DNA of 64,000 nt from an uncultured virus (IMG/VR IMGVR_UViG_3300013121_000030) (lineage: Duplodnaviria; Heunggongvirae; Uroviricota; Caudoviricetes). The notes under the pieces were generated by a model. That model worked only from the letters and a program-made list of their open reading frames with translations, did no database searches and was not told the DNA's origin. Shown here piece after piece: positions 37,141-46,211 of this stretch. Each line of letters begins with the position of its first letter. Positions within the stretch are counted from its first letter, which is position 1. Location: positions 64,001 to 128,000 of IMG/VR virus record IMGVR_UViG_3300013121_000030. The stretch is one strand, 5' to 3'. Made by a program: the position numbers and the translations under genes.

Positions 37141-37168
37141 AGTGTAGCACCCCTCTCGCCGTTTTACA
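37141..37168 (-). promoter_or_regulatory. Phage promoter TGTAAA-N16-TACACT
   Basis: Motif family member. Confidence 0.75.
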
Positions 37169-37268
37169 TGGGGTTGGTGAGGTGTGCGGCCTTGAACCTC
37201 TTACACCAATGCCTCCCCACGGCAAATGGGGATCGTGGGAGTTGAACACCCTTCCTCCTCACCAACAG

Positions 37269-37341
37269 TGCTCCAGGCAGGGATCGAACCTGCGACGCCC
37301 TCCTCTTCAGGGAGGCGCTCTGCCAACTGAGCTACCGGAGC
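37269..37341 (-). tRNA. tRNA-Phe(GAA)
   Basis: Cloverleaf; anticodon loop CT-GAA-GA. Confidence 0.92.
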
Positions 37342-37391
37342 TTGAGAGGTTCAGCCGGTAGCCTCTGGAGCTACCGGCTACCGAAAGCCGG

Positions 37392-37464
37392 GGTGGATGA
37401 CGGGTCTCGAACCCGCACCTCGGGAGTCACAATCCCGCACGCTGCCAGTTGCGCCACATCCACC
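37392..37464 (-). tRNA. tRNA-His(GTG)
   Basis: Anticodon loop TT-GTG-AC; encoded G-1 and C73. Confidence 0.9.
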
Positions 37465-37580
37465 GTAAGGATGGAAGGCTCCCGCCGAGGGGAGCGCAAT
37501 ATGGAGCTGGAGCAGAGACATGACGGGAACCTTCTTTCACACGTTGGTATTGGCTGTCAAGGGGGGTGGATGGAATTTTG

Positions 37581-37654
37581 TGATCGTGGCAGGAATCGAA
37601 CCTGCGGCCTCAAGATTCGGAATCTTGCGCTCTATCCAACTGAGCTACACGATC
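37581..37654 (-). tRNA. tRNA-Arg(CCG)
   Basis: Anticodon loop TT-CCG-AA; canonical D and T arms. Confidence 0.92.
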
Positions 37655-38411
37655 GAATGGACTGGATCTGTGTCGAACAAGTCTCCAGATACCCAGGAAC
37701 AATGTCCACGAACTTGGACTTGGGGAGCCCCATGAGAATGGGGACGAATGAGTGGGTAGCGATGATGACCTGTTTGGAGTCAGGGATTTGACTGAGGACC
37801 CTCCAAAAATCAATCTGGTTGGGGATGTCTCGGCAGTTCTCAGGCTCGTCGAGCAGGACCGTGAATCCGCGGGTCTTCTCCGCTGAGAGAACATGGCATT
37901 CTCTCCAGTTAGCATGCTCCTTTTGGAGGTATTCCGGGACCTTGCCCCCAGGGAACCTCACATTTATCTTTTCCCATTTCGCAAGAGCCGTAAACATGCG
38001 GGAGACTTTGGAATTGGTTTGTTCCCCCGCCGAAGACTTCCTCTGGAAAATGGAGCGAATTCCCTCATCAAGGAAGTCGTCCTCAAAAGCTACCCCTTTT
38101 CCAAAGAGGCCTACTTCCTCCAGTGAGTCCACATAGCCTGTTTTCGCGCCATCATGGTGGACACGGAGTCCTCGTGGAGTCTCAAAGTACCTGAGGCTCT
38201 CTCTGGTGAGAGAAGGGACCATTCCCTGCTCACACATGAGCACACGGGCCAGATTTTTGAGGATCGAGCTTTTTCCGGACCCATTGGGTCCCCAAAGGAT
38301 GTTGAGTCCTGGCTGGAAGACAAACTCTTGTCTCCCTTGAAGACACGCGATCTTCTCCCAAAAATCCACACACGTCGTATGTGGATCGGTGATTTCGAGT
38401 TTGGAAATCAT
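37632..38411 (-). CDS. ABC/AAA-type ATPase
   Basis: Walker A GPNGSGKS, signature SAGE, Walker B LLDEPE, IIATHS. Confidence 0.85.
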   Translation of the reverse strand: MISKLEITDPHTTCVDFWEKIACLQGRQEFVFQPGLNILWGPNGSGKSSILKNLARVLMCEQGMVPSLTRESLRYFETPRGLRVHHDGAKTGYVDSLEEVGLFGKGVAFEDDFLDEGIRSIFQRKSSAGEQTNSKVSRMFTALAKWEKINVRFPGGKVPEYLQKEHANWRECHVLSAEKTRGFTVLLDEPENCRDIPNQIDFWRVLSQIPDSKQVIIATHSFVPILMGLPKSKFVDIVPGYLETCSTQIQSIRSCSSVG

Positions 38412-38415
38412 GGAG

Positions 38416-38489
38416 TGCCCCTAGCAGGACTCGAACCTGCGACCTACGGTTTAGGAAACCGTCGCTCTATCCACCTGAGCTATAGGAGC
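38416..38489 (-). tRNA. tRNA-Arg(CCT)
   Basis: Anticodon loop TT-CCT-AA. Confidence 0.92.
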
Positions 38490-38591
38490 AGATGCTCTGG
38501 CAACCCTGTTCTGTATTCCCCACTACAGTCTTCCCTTGGGACTTGACTGAGGAACAGGGCCCTTACCTCGGGTTGGACCCCCCGGCCAGAG

Positions 38592-38837
38592 CTAAATTCG
38601 GGATGGGATGTTGTTGACCGCGTGGGTGATTTCCCCAAAGGGGAAGAAGAGCTTCACCAGAAAGCCTGGCTTGTTGTTCAAACGCCAATCAACGAATTTG
38701 ATGCCCTCAAACTCACCTTCGAGGTCGATGTTTCGACCAGTGAAGACAATCCCCACGACTGTCCCCACTTCTTTCTCTCCCAAAACAGGGACATGTGGAC
38801 GACCGATGTGTCGGCGAGCACGAGTGAGCTTGGACAT
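38592..38837 (-). CDS. Hypothetical protein
   Basis: ORF downstream of promoter 38853-38880; SD AGGA. Confidence 0.5.
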   Translation of the reverse strand: MSKLTRARRHIGRPHVPVLGEKEVGTVVGIVFTGRNIDLEGEFEGIKFVDWRLNNKPGFLVKLFFPFGEITHAVNNIPSRI

Positions 38838-38852
38838 GGGGTTGGTTCCTGG

Positions 38853-38880
38853 AGGATAGCACGTGGAGTCGGAACTTACA
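38853..38880 (-). promoter_or_regulatory. Phage promoter TGTAAG-N16-TATCCT
   Basis: Motif family member. Confidence 0.72.
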
Positions 38881-38924
38881 CAAGTTTCTTCGTGGTCTCA
38901 GGGCGCTTGAAGCGCGGTAATGTC

Positions 38925-39014
38925 TGGCGGAGGAGGTGGGATTTGAACCCACGGGGGACTTTCATCCCCGTCCGATTTCAAGTCGGGTGCCTTAAACCGC
39001 TCGGCCACTCCTCC
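38925..39014 (-). tRNA. tRNA-Ser(TGA)
   Basis: Long variable arm; anticodon loop CT-TGA-AA; encoded CCA. Confidence 0.93.
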
Positions 39015-39019
39015 AGTCT

Positions 39020-39093
39020 TGGACAAGGTGGGACTTGAACCCACGACCCGCCGGTTATGAGCCGGCTGCTCTAACCGACTGAGCTACTCGTCC
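39020..39093 (-). tRNA. tRNA with CAT anticodon (Ile2 or elongator Met)
   Basis: Anticodon loop CT-CAT-AA; paired 1:72, so not an initiator. Confidence 0.88.
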
Positions 39094-39269
39094 GCGCGCA
39101 CTCTACCCCGACAAGCACCCCGCTTGTCGGCCAGCTTCCGATCCTTGTGTCGGCCCCCCCGCTGGAGGAGACGACCATTCTTGGTCTGCCCCTTCATGTG
39201 GGCGTCAGCCCACACCGCGTGAGCGAGGGCGCGCAAGGGATTCGTTTGGTTCTTCTGGGGCATGGAAGG

Positions 39270-39339
39270 AGTGTAGCACGTCGAGTCCGAACTTACACTA
39301 ACTTTTTAGTGTGTAACTCTGGGGTTTGGGTGCTACCGT
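39270..39339. promoter_or_regulatory. Second divergent promoter pair (minus 39270-39297; plus 39312-39339)
   Basis: TGTAAG-N16-TACACT and TGTAAC-N16-TACCGT; each has an ATG 6 nt downstream. Confidence 0.78.
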
Positions 39340-39345
39340 ATCCCC

Positions 39346-39711
39346 ATGGGAACTGCTCCTCAGAATCTTCGCTACTCTGCGTTCTACCAGAACCTCCCCA
39401 TCGAAGGGAAATTTACGATCTCCGAGGCCCAAGAGCTGGCCAAGAAGAACAATCTTCCGCTCCGTCTTTGGAGAGACGGAACCCACATCTTCACTGTGGC
39501 TCCCCACGGGATGGCGCCGATGGTGCCCAATCTACTCCCGTGCGAATTCCGCGCGTGGGCCGAGTTTATCGTAGCTCACACAAGCTCCGCGGAACATCTG
39601 CTCCCTCTTGCGGTGGATGCGCTGCTCGCCGCCATGGACGCCAACGACACCGAAGCGATCTCTTCTCTCACCGCCACCCTCAAGATGGCACGGTCGATTC
39701 CGAAGCGGTAG
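39346..39711 (+). CDS. Hypothetical protein (leaderless)
   Basis: ATG 6 nt after -10. Confidence 0.6.
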   Translation: MGTAPQNLRYSAFYQNLPIEGKFTISEAQELAKKNNLPLRLWRDGTHIFTVAPHGMAPMVPNLLPCEFRAWAEFIVAHTSSAEHLLPLAVDALLAAMDANDTEAISSLTATLKMARSIPKR

Positions 39712-39980
39712 TTATCTTGTGTCGGAGTGGCCCACACGTGGACAGAGACTTCTTTGTCCTTCTGGGCTCGGCTGGAGATTGTGTAACCATATTACATGTT
39801 CTCCAAGGACTCTCCGAACTCTGCTTCTCAGCAGGCAATTTCCCGCTCCTCCTCGTGTGCGGAAAGGCGGAGTTTACCTCCCTCACCCTGGATCAATTTC
39901 AGGACTCCTTCAAAATCATCCTGAGCTTCCCTTCCACATCCAAGAAAATCCTCTTCCACCTTGAAGGGTCTATCTGAGCA

Positions 39981-40340
39981 ATGAGACGGAAAAAGATGAA
40001 GCGCCTTCGCAGGAAGGCAATGATGAGGAGCTACCGCGCGGCACTTCGAGCCCAGCCGTTGTCGATCTCCAAGATCGAGCGTGTCACGCGCGGAATCGGT
40101 CGCACCCTCTCCAGGGACTTCTCCCACGAGCATGCGTGGTATGCGACAAACCGCGATTCCTGGGCCACGTTCGACCTTGAAACGATGCGTGAGGAAGTCC
40201 GCCGCAAGCTCGACTCCGAAACGGGAATCTCACCCATGGATTGGGTCCGAATGGACCTGCAATACTACTCCGATCGGTGGAACGCTGGGCGCTATCGGCG
40301 CCTTCTTCTCCAGATCGAAGAGGTCAAGTCGCGGGTGTAA
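39981..40340 (+). CDS. Hypothetical basic protein
   Basis: 119-aa ORF. Confidence 0.5.
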   Translation: MRRKKMKRLRRKAMMRSYRAALRAQPLSISKIERVTRGIGRTLSRDFSHEHAWYATNRDSWATFDLETMREEVRRKLDSETGISPMDWVRMDLQYYSDRWNAGRYRRLLLQIEEVKSRV

Positions 40341-40363
40341 CTCAGCCGTCCGCGTGCTACACT
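40336..40363 (+). promoter_or_regulatory. Phage promoter TGTAAC-N16-TACACT
   Basis: Motif family member; ATG at 40370. Confidence 0.8.
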
Positions 40364-40369
40364 GGAGTC

Positions 40370-40903
40370 ATGCGGATTGTTGTTTACGGGGGGTCTTTCA
40401 ACCCCTTCTGCAAGAACCACTTGGATGTCGTCTCCTGGGCGACAACTCAGGGGGATGAGGTGTGGGTGATTCCCAGTTACGCCCACCCTGAGAAGTCCTT
40501 GATGATCGATTTCGAGCATCGGCTTGTCATGGCGCGGCTCGCGGTGGGTTCGGAGCTGTGGCCTGTGCCTGTGTGGGTGTCCGACATCGAAAGGACCCTC
40601 TTCCAGGAGGGGATGTCCAAGATCTTCACCTACCATCTGCTCCGCCGCCTGGCGGCCATGCATCCTGAGAACACATTCGTGTTCGCCATTGGGCCGGACA
40701 TTGATCCCAGCAAGTGGGAGCTGGGGCCTGAAGCAATGGCGGAGTTTGAGTTCATCCGGGTCCCCGACATGGGGACCCATGCGACCCAAGTGCGGGAGTG
40801 GATTCGCACTGGGGATTCCCAGTGGAGAAATTTCGTGCCCACCCAGGTGCAGCGCTACATCACGTGGAAGTCGCTCTACGGGGATTTCTCCCACGAGATT
40901 TGA
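40370..40903 (+). CDS. nadD: Nicotinate/nicotinamide-nucleotide adenylyltransferase (NadD-like)
   Basis: VYGGSFNP..NH, DEVWVIP, HP.K, HR..M..LA, SDIE, TY..L..L, F.IG.D, ATQVRE, V..YI....LY. Confidence 0.85.
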   Translation: MRIVVYGGSFNPFCKNHLDVVSWATTQGDEVWVIPSYAHPEKSLMIDFEHRLVMARLAVGSELWPVPVWVSDIERTLFQEGMSKIFTYHLLRRLAAMHPENTFVFAIGPDIDPSKWELGPEAMAEFEFIRVPDMGTHATQVREWIRTGDSQWRNFVPTQVQRYITWKSLYGDFSHEI

Positions 40904-40913
40904 GGGGGGTCTC

Positions 40914-41324
40914 ATGGTCCGTCAGGATGTGGAGGTGTTGTGGAGCGACCTGGAAAACTGCGGGGGTTGCATCAAGGACTTGGCCACTCGTTTGGTCGAC
41001 ACCGAAAATGGCCTCTTGTCGGCATACCTTTCGTGTCGGGAGAATCCCGACACGAAGTATCTCCGAGCGGCTTACGCTTGCGGGTTGAGGTATTCTCAGG
41101 TGGCCTCTTTCCTTGAAGAAAGAGTTGAGGAAAGAGCAACGCGCTTTGCCTATCTTTATGGAACACTGTGTGCGCAGAGGTCCCTGGACTCCGCGTGGAG
41201 GATGAGAGCTTTTGTTGCCGAAACTGAGATGACACTGTACAGGTCCATCGCACAAACCCACATCCGTGGGATTCGTGTTCTGACTGAGAAACTCCGGGTT
41301 TGTGTGGATAAGCAATCGGCATGA
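40914..41324 (+). CDS. Hypothetical protein
   Basis: ATG after GAGGGG SD downstream of nadD. Confidence 0.5.
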   Translation: MVRQDVEVLWSDLENCGGCIKDLATRLVDTENGLLSAYLSCRENPDTKYLRAAYACGLRYSQVASFLEERVEERATRFAYLYGTLCAQRSLDSAWRMRAFVAETEMTLYRSIAQTHIRGIRVLTEKLRVCVDKQSA

Positions 41325-41704
41325 ACTCCGCGGAGTATTCTCCATCCATGATGGACACCAAAATCAGAATCTTCTACTCAGAGTCCTTTGGGGACTTTGG
41401 GCGAGTCGACCTCTCCTTTGTCTCAACTTTGGGAGAGTTTCTGGCTCTTCTTCTCATGGGGGACGTTCCTGCTTCTCCTCAAGTCCTCAACCTTTTGGGG
41501 ATCCAATGTTCCCCAGAACTTCGAGCACGGTGGAAGTGTTCCCTCTCAGTAGGGACGCTTCGCTATGAGGAAGTCCCCAAGGATTCAACGCTGGAGACGA
41601 TCCCATGGGAGGTTTCGGAGCGTGTGGAGCGGCTGGTCAACAATTCGCTCAGCTTTGGTGCGGATATCCTTCGGCACCTCCATAAACGGAACTGGGACAT
41701 TTGA
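41321..41704 (+). CDS. Hypothetical protein
   Basis: ATGA coupling to previous gene. Confidence 0.5.
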   Translation: MNSAEYSPSMMDTKIRIFYSESFGDFGRVDLSFVSTLGEFLALLLMGDVPASPQVLNLLGIQCSPELRARWKCSLSVGTLRYEEVPKDSTLETIPWEVSERVERLVNNSLSFGADILRHLHKRNWDI

Positions 41705-41732
41705 GGGGTATTCGCCCTTACAAAGGAATCCA

Positions 41733-43436
41733 ATGCGACACTATCTTCTGGCCACAGCAGCAATCTTTGCTTGCATCCCATCCCCTCCCACAGAGGACAC
41801 CACATCTCAGGGCAGCACCAGCGACTCTGACTCTGAGAGTTCGAGTGGGTCCTCAGGGGTGCTGACCTCCACGGTCACGACTGTTGAGCCCATTGAGTGC
41901 CTCAAGGATGCAGACTGCGGGGAACCCTCTCCATGGTGCATCCTCAGCAAGTGCCTTGGTTGTGCGGAGCTGGACTGCAAGGATGGATTGATCTGCGAGC
42001 CGTTCTCAGGGATGTGTGTCGAGTGCATGGGCAATTCGGATTGTCCTGACCATCTTGCCTGCGAGGACAATCTCTGTGTTCCGAGGACGTGCTCCACGGA
42101 TGGGGAGTGTCTGGAAGATGGGATTTGCGATGTTGCCCATGGTGTGTGCTATGCGACTGTCGTTTGGGCAAACGCTGCAACCCCCTGTGAGAAGTCGGAT
42201 GGTTCAGAGGCGTTTCCCTACTGCTCAATCGCTCAGACCTTGGAACGGGAGAAAGGTTCTTTTGGGGTGTGGCTCACGGGGAACCAGAACTTCAACCTCA
42301 TGGAGAAAACGGTCATTCAGAACCGTTCAATCGCCTTGGTGGGAGGCCCTGAAATCCCCTCGATCAAGGCGGATTTCCAAGGCACGGTTGCAGTTGAGGT
42401 CAACCACGGGAGCCTTCGGATCCGCAACATCCCCCTGGAGGCCCATAACCTGAGTGGGGTTCGTATTCTGGCGAATTCTCAGGTTGTCGTCCAGGGGAGT
42501 GTGGTTCGTGGGTTTTTCACGGGACCGCAAAATTCTGGGATCATGGTAGAGCCAGGGGCTTCGCTGACCATGGAAGGGAGCCACCTCCTCGGGTTTTTGG
42601 GGGATGGGATCCAGGTGGCAGGGAAGGCCACAATCAAGGGGTCCAGGATCTTCTCAAATGGCGAGAATGGGGTCATCGCTGGACTCGTGGAGGGTGGCAG
42701 CGGAGTTGTTCTCATCGAGAACTCCGTGATTTCCGGGAATGGCATCGGCGATTCGGCGGCCAGTTTCACAAAAGAATGTGGCCTCGTACTGGATCACGGG
42801 AGCATGGGGACCATTCAAAACAGCTTGGTCTCCTTCAACAATGCCTGCGGTATCCAGGTGGTCCACGCCAGCAGCGCCTCGATTACCAACAGCCAGATCA
42901 CCTTCAACGGAGCAGGGGAGTTTAAGTCGGGGGGAGTTGTGGTTGGTGACACTGACCATCCCTTCGACACAGACCAATCTGACGTCAACCTAATGTTGAC
43001 GACCATTCTCAACAACAATACTGGATCTGGCCTCAACGAGGCCATCGATTGCTCCGCAACCTCCACAGTGAAAATCGAAGGATCCATCCTCCTGGGGTCT
43101 GGTCAGGCAAAGAACTCCTTCCCAGCTTCGTGCGGGAAGAATGTCTTCAAGTCTGTCCTGGATTTTGATTCCGAAATCTCCCCATGCAGCAACACCAACA
43201 CCAAGGACTGCAACAATGAGACTTCCTTTGAGGCCATCTTGGGAACCGTTGTGGAACTCGTAGTCCCAGAAGTATCCCAACTTCCAGAGGCCACAGTCCC
43301 CATCTGGATCTTTCGCTCGGTGAAGAATCCAGCGATCAAGATCACCAGTGAGAAGTGGTACCCAACCTCGGATATGGACGGAGACCCACGCAAAGGACTC
43401 GATACTCCTGGATCCGATGTGTATCTTGGTGAGTGA
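41733..43436 (+). CDS. Lipoprotein with Ser/Thr linker, Cys-rich repeats and right-handed beta-helix domain
   Basis: Lipobox IFAC; CxxDxDC repeats; DGS...PYCSI..; I.NS.I..N beta-helix repeats; D.DG.PR...D.PG.D tail. Confidence 0.75.
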   Translation: MRHYLLATAAIFACIPSPPTEDTTSQGSTSDSDSESSSGSSGVLTSTVTTVEPIECLKDADCGEPSPWCILSKCLGCAELDCKDGLICEPFSGMCVECMGNSDCPDHLACEDNLCVPRTCSTDGECLEDGICDVAHGVCYATVVWANAATPCEKSDGSEAFPYCSIAQTLEREKGSFGVWLTGNQNFNLMEKTVIQNRSIALVGGPEIPSIKADFQGTVAVEVNHGSLRIRNIPLEAHNLSGVRILANSQVVVQGSVVRGFFTGPQNSGIMVEPGASLTMEGSHLLGFLGDGIQVAGKATIKGSRIFSNGENGVIAGLVEGGSGVVLIENSVISGNGIGDSAASFTKECGLVLDHGSMGTIQNSLVSFNNACGIQVVHASSASITNSQITFNGAGEFKSGGVVVGDTDHPFDTDQSDVNLMLTTILNNNTGSGLNEAIDCSATSTVKIEGSILLGSGQAKNSFPASCGKNVFKSVLDFDSEISPCSNTNTKDCNNETSFEAILGTVVELVVPEVSQLPEATVPIWIFRSVKNPAIKITSEKWYPTSDMDGDPRKGLDTPGSDVYLGE

Positions 43437-43534
43437 TGTCACCAAAACTCCAGAAGAAAATTTGGTGGTGATGGGTACATAAGCGGAGCAAGTGTGGTAG
43501 AAACCCACACTCACACACCATCGAAGAGCAAGCT

Positions 43535-43723
43535 ATGTCAACGATCCTTTTTGGACTTGGTATGGCGGCGTTCTTGGGGGTGGTGGTACCCCTGGCCTAC
43601 GAAGTCAGGATCCTGGTCTCTGGTGGACGGAGAGCAGGAATTCAAAGGTATCTCCACCCCGTGGTCTTCGGCGACGATCTTAATGACGCCGACCGCAGGG
43701 CCATCGACGCTGCCTCGCTGTAA
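43535..43723 (+). CDS. Small membrane protein
   Basis: Hydrophobic N-terminus; hairpin follows. Confidence 0.4.
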   Translation: MSTILFGLGMAAFLGVVVPLAYEVRILVSGGRRAGIQRYLHPVVFGDDLNDADRRAIDAASL

Positions 43724-43730
43724 CTCAAAC

Positions 43731-43759
43731 CCGAGGCCCCTCACGATGAGGGGCCTCGG
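43731..43759 (+). terminator. Hairpin / terminator
   Basis: 13-bp perfect stem ccgaggcccctca/tgaggggcctcgg. Confidence 0.55.
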
Positions 43760-43788
43760 CCATTTAAGGTTCTGAGTACGGTGGTGGG

Positions 43789-44352
43789 GTGTTGTCTCGG
43801 CGATGTCATGTAACGGCCGATGAGATCCGTCAGAGGTATCCGCAGTGGGATCCAGCCTCCATGCGACCGACGCATCGTGTGCGGAGGTCTCACGGGGACG
43901 ATTTTGTAGAGTTGAGGCCAACGCCTGGGGAACCTGTTTGGTTTGCTTTTGAGCCCGGGGAGGAGGAGCCTTCCTATGGTTTTATTGTCGAGTCGTGTCT
44001 ATGGAAGCCTCTTCGGCGTCATGAGGGCCTCCACGTTCAGGAGATGGTGGTGGTGCAGCAACCCCGACAATCGGGGGTCTACTTTCTGAAGGACGGGGAG
44101 GGGAGGATAAAGATAGGTTGGTCTGTAGAGGTGCCACGACGCTTGAGGCAGCTCCAGACCGCTCAAGCACAACTTCTCGTCTGTCTAGGTGTGATTTGGA
44201 CCACGGATCCCGAGACTGAGAAAAGACTCCATCGTCAGTTCGCCGCACTGAAGATCCGCGGAGAATGGTTCGACGGAAAGTGTGGGACGATTGAGAGGTA
44301 CATTCTGACAGTCACTAACCATGTCCAAGCCAAAATCGCCCAAGAGCCTTAG
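43789..44352 (+). CDS. GIY-YIG nuclease, MUG113/T5orf172 family
   Basis: VYFL.....IKIGWS....RRL.QLQT...EKRLHRQF...IRGEWF. Confidence 0.85.
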   Translation: MLSRRCHVTADEIRQRYPQWDPASMRPTHRVRRSHGDDFVELRPTPGEPVWFAFEPGEEEPSYGFIVESCLWKPLRRHEGLHVQEMVVVQQPRQSGVYFLKDGEGRIKIGWSVEVPRRLRQLQTAQAQLLVCLGVIWTTDPETEKRLHRQFAALKIRGEWFDGKCGTIERYILTVTNHVQAKIAQEP

Positions 44353-44586
44353 GTTTTCGGATTCGCTGGAATCCGCACCGACCGTGAACGCCTTCAGAAT
44401 CCGATCGATCGGGGAGATCGAGGACATGTACATGGTTGAGTTTTTGGAATATTTGGGGGACCAACCTCGCTTGGTGTCAAGGATCTGTGTGCATACCAAT
44501 TTCCTATCCGTATTTCGGGAGAAGCTAGGGGAAATGTACGAGGAAGTGACTCCCCGAATTCTCCATTAGTTAGGTATCATTCACCA

Positions 44587-45819
44587 ATGAGCTTCCAACG
44601 AGGAATTTTTCGCACTTACATTGTGACTCTCCCCGTGTTCCATGCTTCTTTGGGAGAATCGAAGACTCCGTACACGTTCAAGTCGGGAGATGTTCTCAGC
44701 TTCGACGGGACGGCGGTGGAGATTGCTGATGGCAACCGATATAACTGCACTGAGCTTCGAGGTGCCATCAAGCAAGGTTGGTTGCAACTCGCGGACTCCG
44801 CGGAGGCAATCCCAGTCCCAACCAAAACTCCTTTTGTACGGCCCATCAAACCGGCAAACATGGCCATGCATGGGACCGAGAGGTTTGTCCCGGAGATTGA
44901 GATTTCTGACGGGAGGGTTGTGGGGGATGCAGCAATGTCTCCCATGATCAACATCCTTCGGGACTTTGAGGCGGAGTTGAGGGGAGCCCCTGATGCTCAT
45001 GGAATCTCAGCTCGGACCGAAGTCCGTCCGCAATATCCGGTCCACGTGCAGGACGAATCTGACACTCACGGCCGAATCGTATCTCGGCTTTCCTCAGACG
45101 AGGATAGTCCCACCATCCGCGGGATGCGCTTCAACAGGACCAACAATGTTGTGCGGGACCTCTCTGGATTGACTCCCACGACACCCGAAGGACCTGTCGT
45201 TCGTCACAACGCCCCCATCAAGACTGCTTCTAAGTTTTCAGTCCAAGAAGAAAATGGGCAAGTCCACGCTTTTGTGTCCTCTTCAAATCGGTCCGCCTCG
45301 ATGGAAGAGTCCTCGAAAGCTCGGGTCTCTGGGGTCGCAGATGTTTCCAATCCCACTGCTTCTGTGGGAGCCGCCATTCAACGAGATGCTGCCCAGCGAA
45401 CCCCTGATGGGGACGGATTCAAGATCCGTGGGTTGTTGAGGACCTCAACACAGATGTCAGCTGTGGTCGGGGACTCCACAAACGCTGTCCAGGCCGAAGA
45501 GAATAGGCTTGCCAGGGAGATTGCCTCCAGTCGACGTGCTTCCATCCTTACGTCCGACTCGAAGCCGCAGAGCGTGGCGGCAGCAGCCCCTGAGGTTGAT
45601 GTTGAGAAGATCCGCTATGAAGTTGTCCGGATCTTTGTCCCTGACTTCAAGTGGGATCTGTCTAGGGAGGATGAGGAGAAGATTGGGGAGATCCAAGAAA
45701 TCATCACAAAGGATCTCAAATCCCCCACATTGAAGGCTATCTTCGCGGTTGAGAGCGAAGGTATCCGTCGAGAGATCACGAGTCGACTCAAGGCTAAAAT
45801 GAAAAAGTCTCCAGTGTGA
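44587..45819 (+). CDS. Hypothetical protein
   Basis: 410-aa ORF ending at a bidirectional terminator. Confidence 0.6.
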   Translation: MSFQRGIFRTYIVTLPVFHASLGESKTPYTFKSGDVLSFDGTAVEIADGNRYNCTELRGAIKQGWLQLADSAEAIPVPTKTPFVRPIKPANMAMHGTERFVPEIEISDGRVVGDAAMSPMINILRDFEAELRGAPDAHGISARTEVRPQYPVHVQDESDTHGRIVSRLSSDEDSPTIRGMRFNRTNNVVRDLSGLTPTTPEGPVVRHNAPIKTASKFSVQEENGQVHAFVSSSNRSASMEESSKARVSGVADVSNPTASVGAAIQRDAAQRTPDGDGFKIRGLLRTSTQMSAVVGDSTNAVQAEENRLAREIASSRRASILTSDSKPQSVAAAAPEVDVEKIRYEVVRIFVPDFKWDLSREDEEKIGEIQEIITKDLKSPTLKAIFAVESEGIRREITSRLKAKMKKSPV

Positions 45820-45858
45820 AAGAGGAAGGGCCGCTACAGCGGCCCTTCCTCTTTCACA
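45815..45858. terminator. Bidirectional terminator between convergent genes
   Basis: tgtgaaagaggaagggccgct/agcggcccttcctctttcaca inverted repeat. Confidence 0.8.
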
Positions 45859-45862
45859 TACC

Positions 45863-46144
45863 TCACTGAGGAATCAGTGAGGTCGTTCCAGGGGCCACCC
45901 CTGTGGTCCCAGTCTCCTCAGGGGAGGTGGTGGAAGTGGTGGTGGTGGAAGTGGTGGCGCCAGGGCAACCTGCAACGGTCCCAGTGGTTGTGGCACACCC
46001 CCCAGGAACAGGGTTGATGTGATTCCCAGTAGTCACATCCCCGGTGGTGGTGGGGTTTCCGGTGGGTTCTGGTGTTGGGTTGGATGGGCATCCCAGAGTG
46101 AGGAGGGATGCTGCCACCGCGGAGAGGATAGTGAATGTTCGCAT
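45863..46144 (-). CDS. Small Thr/Pro-rich lipoprotein
   Basis: Signal peptide with lipobox TLGC. Confidence 0.6.
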   Translation of the reverse strand: MRTFTILSAVAASLLTLGCPSNPTPEPTGNPTTTGDVTTGNHINPVPGGCATTTGTVAGCPGATTSTTTTSTTSPEETGTTGVAPGTTSLIPQ

Positions 46145-46211
46145 TGTGAGCACCATTACCATCCAACATCAAAAAAATATCGTGTCTGTGCCCGACCCAT
46201 TTTTAGGATGG

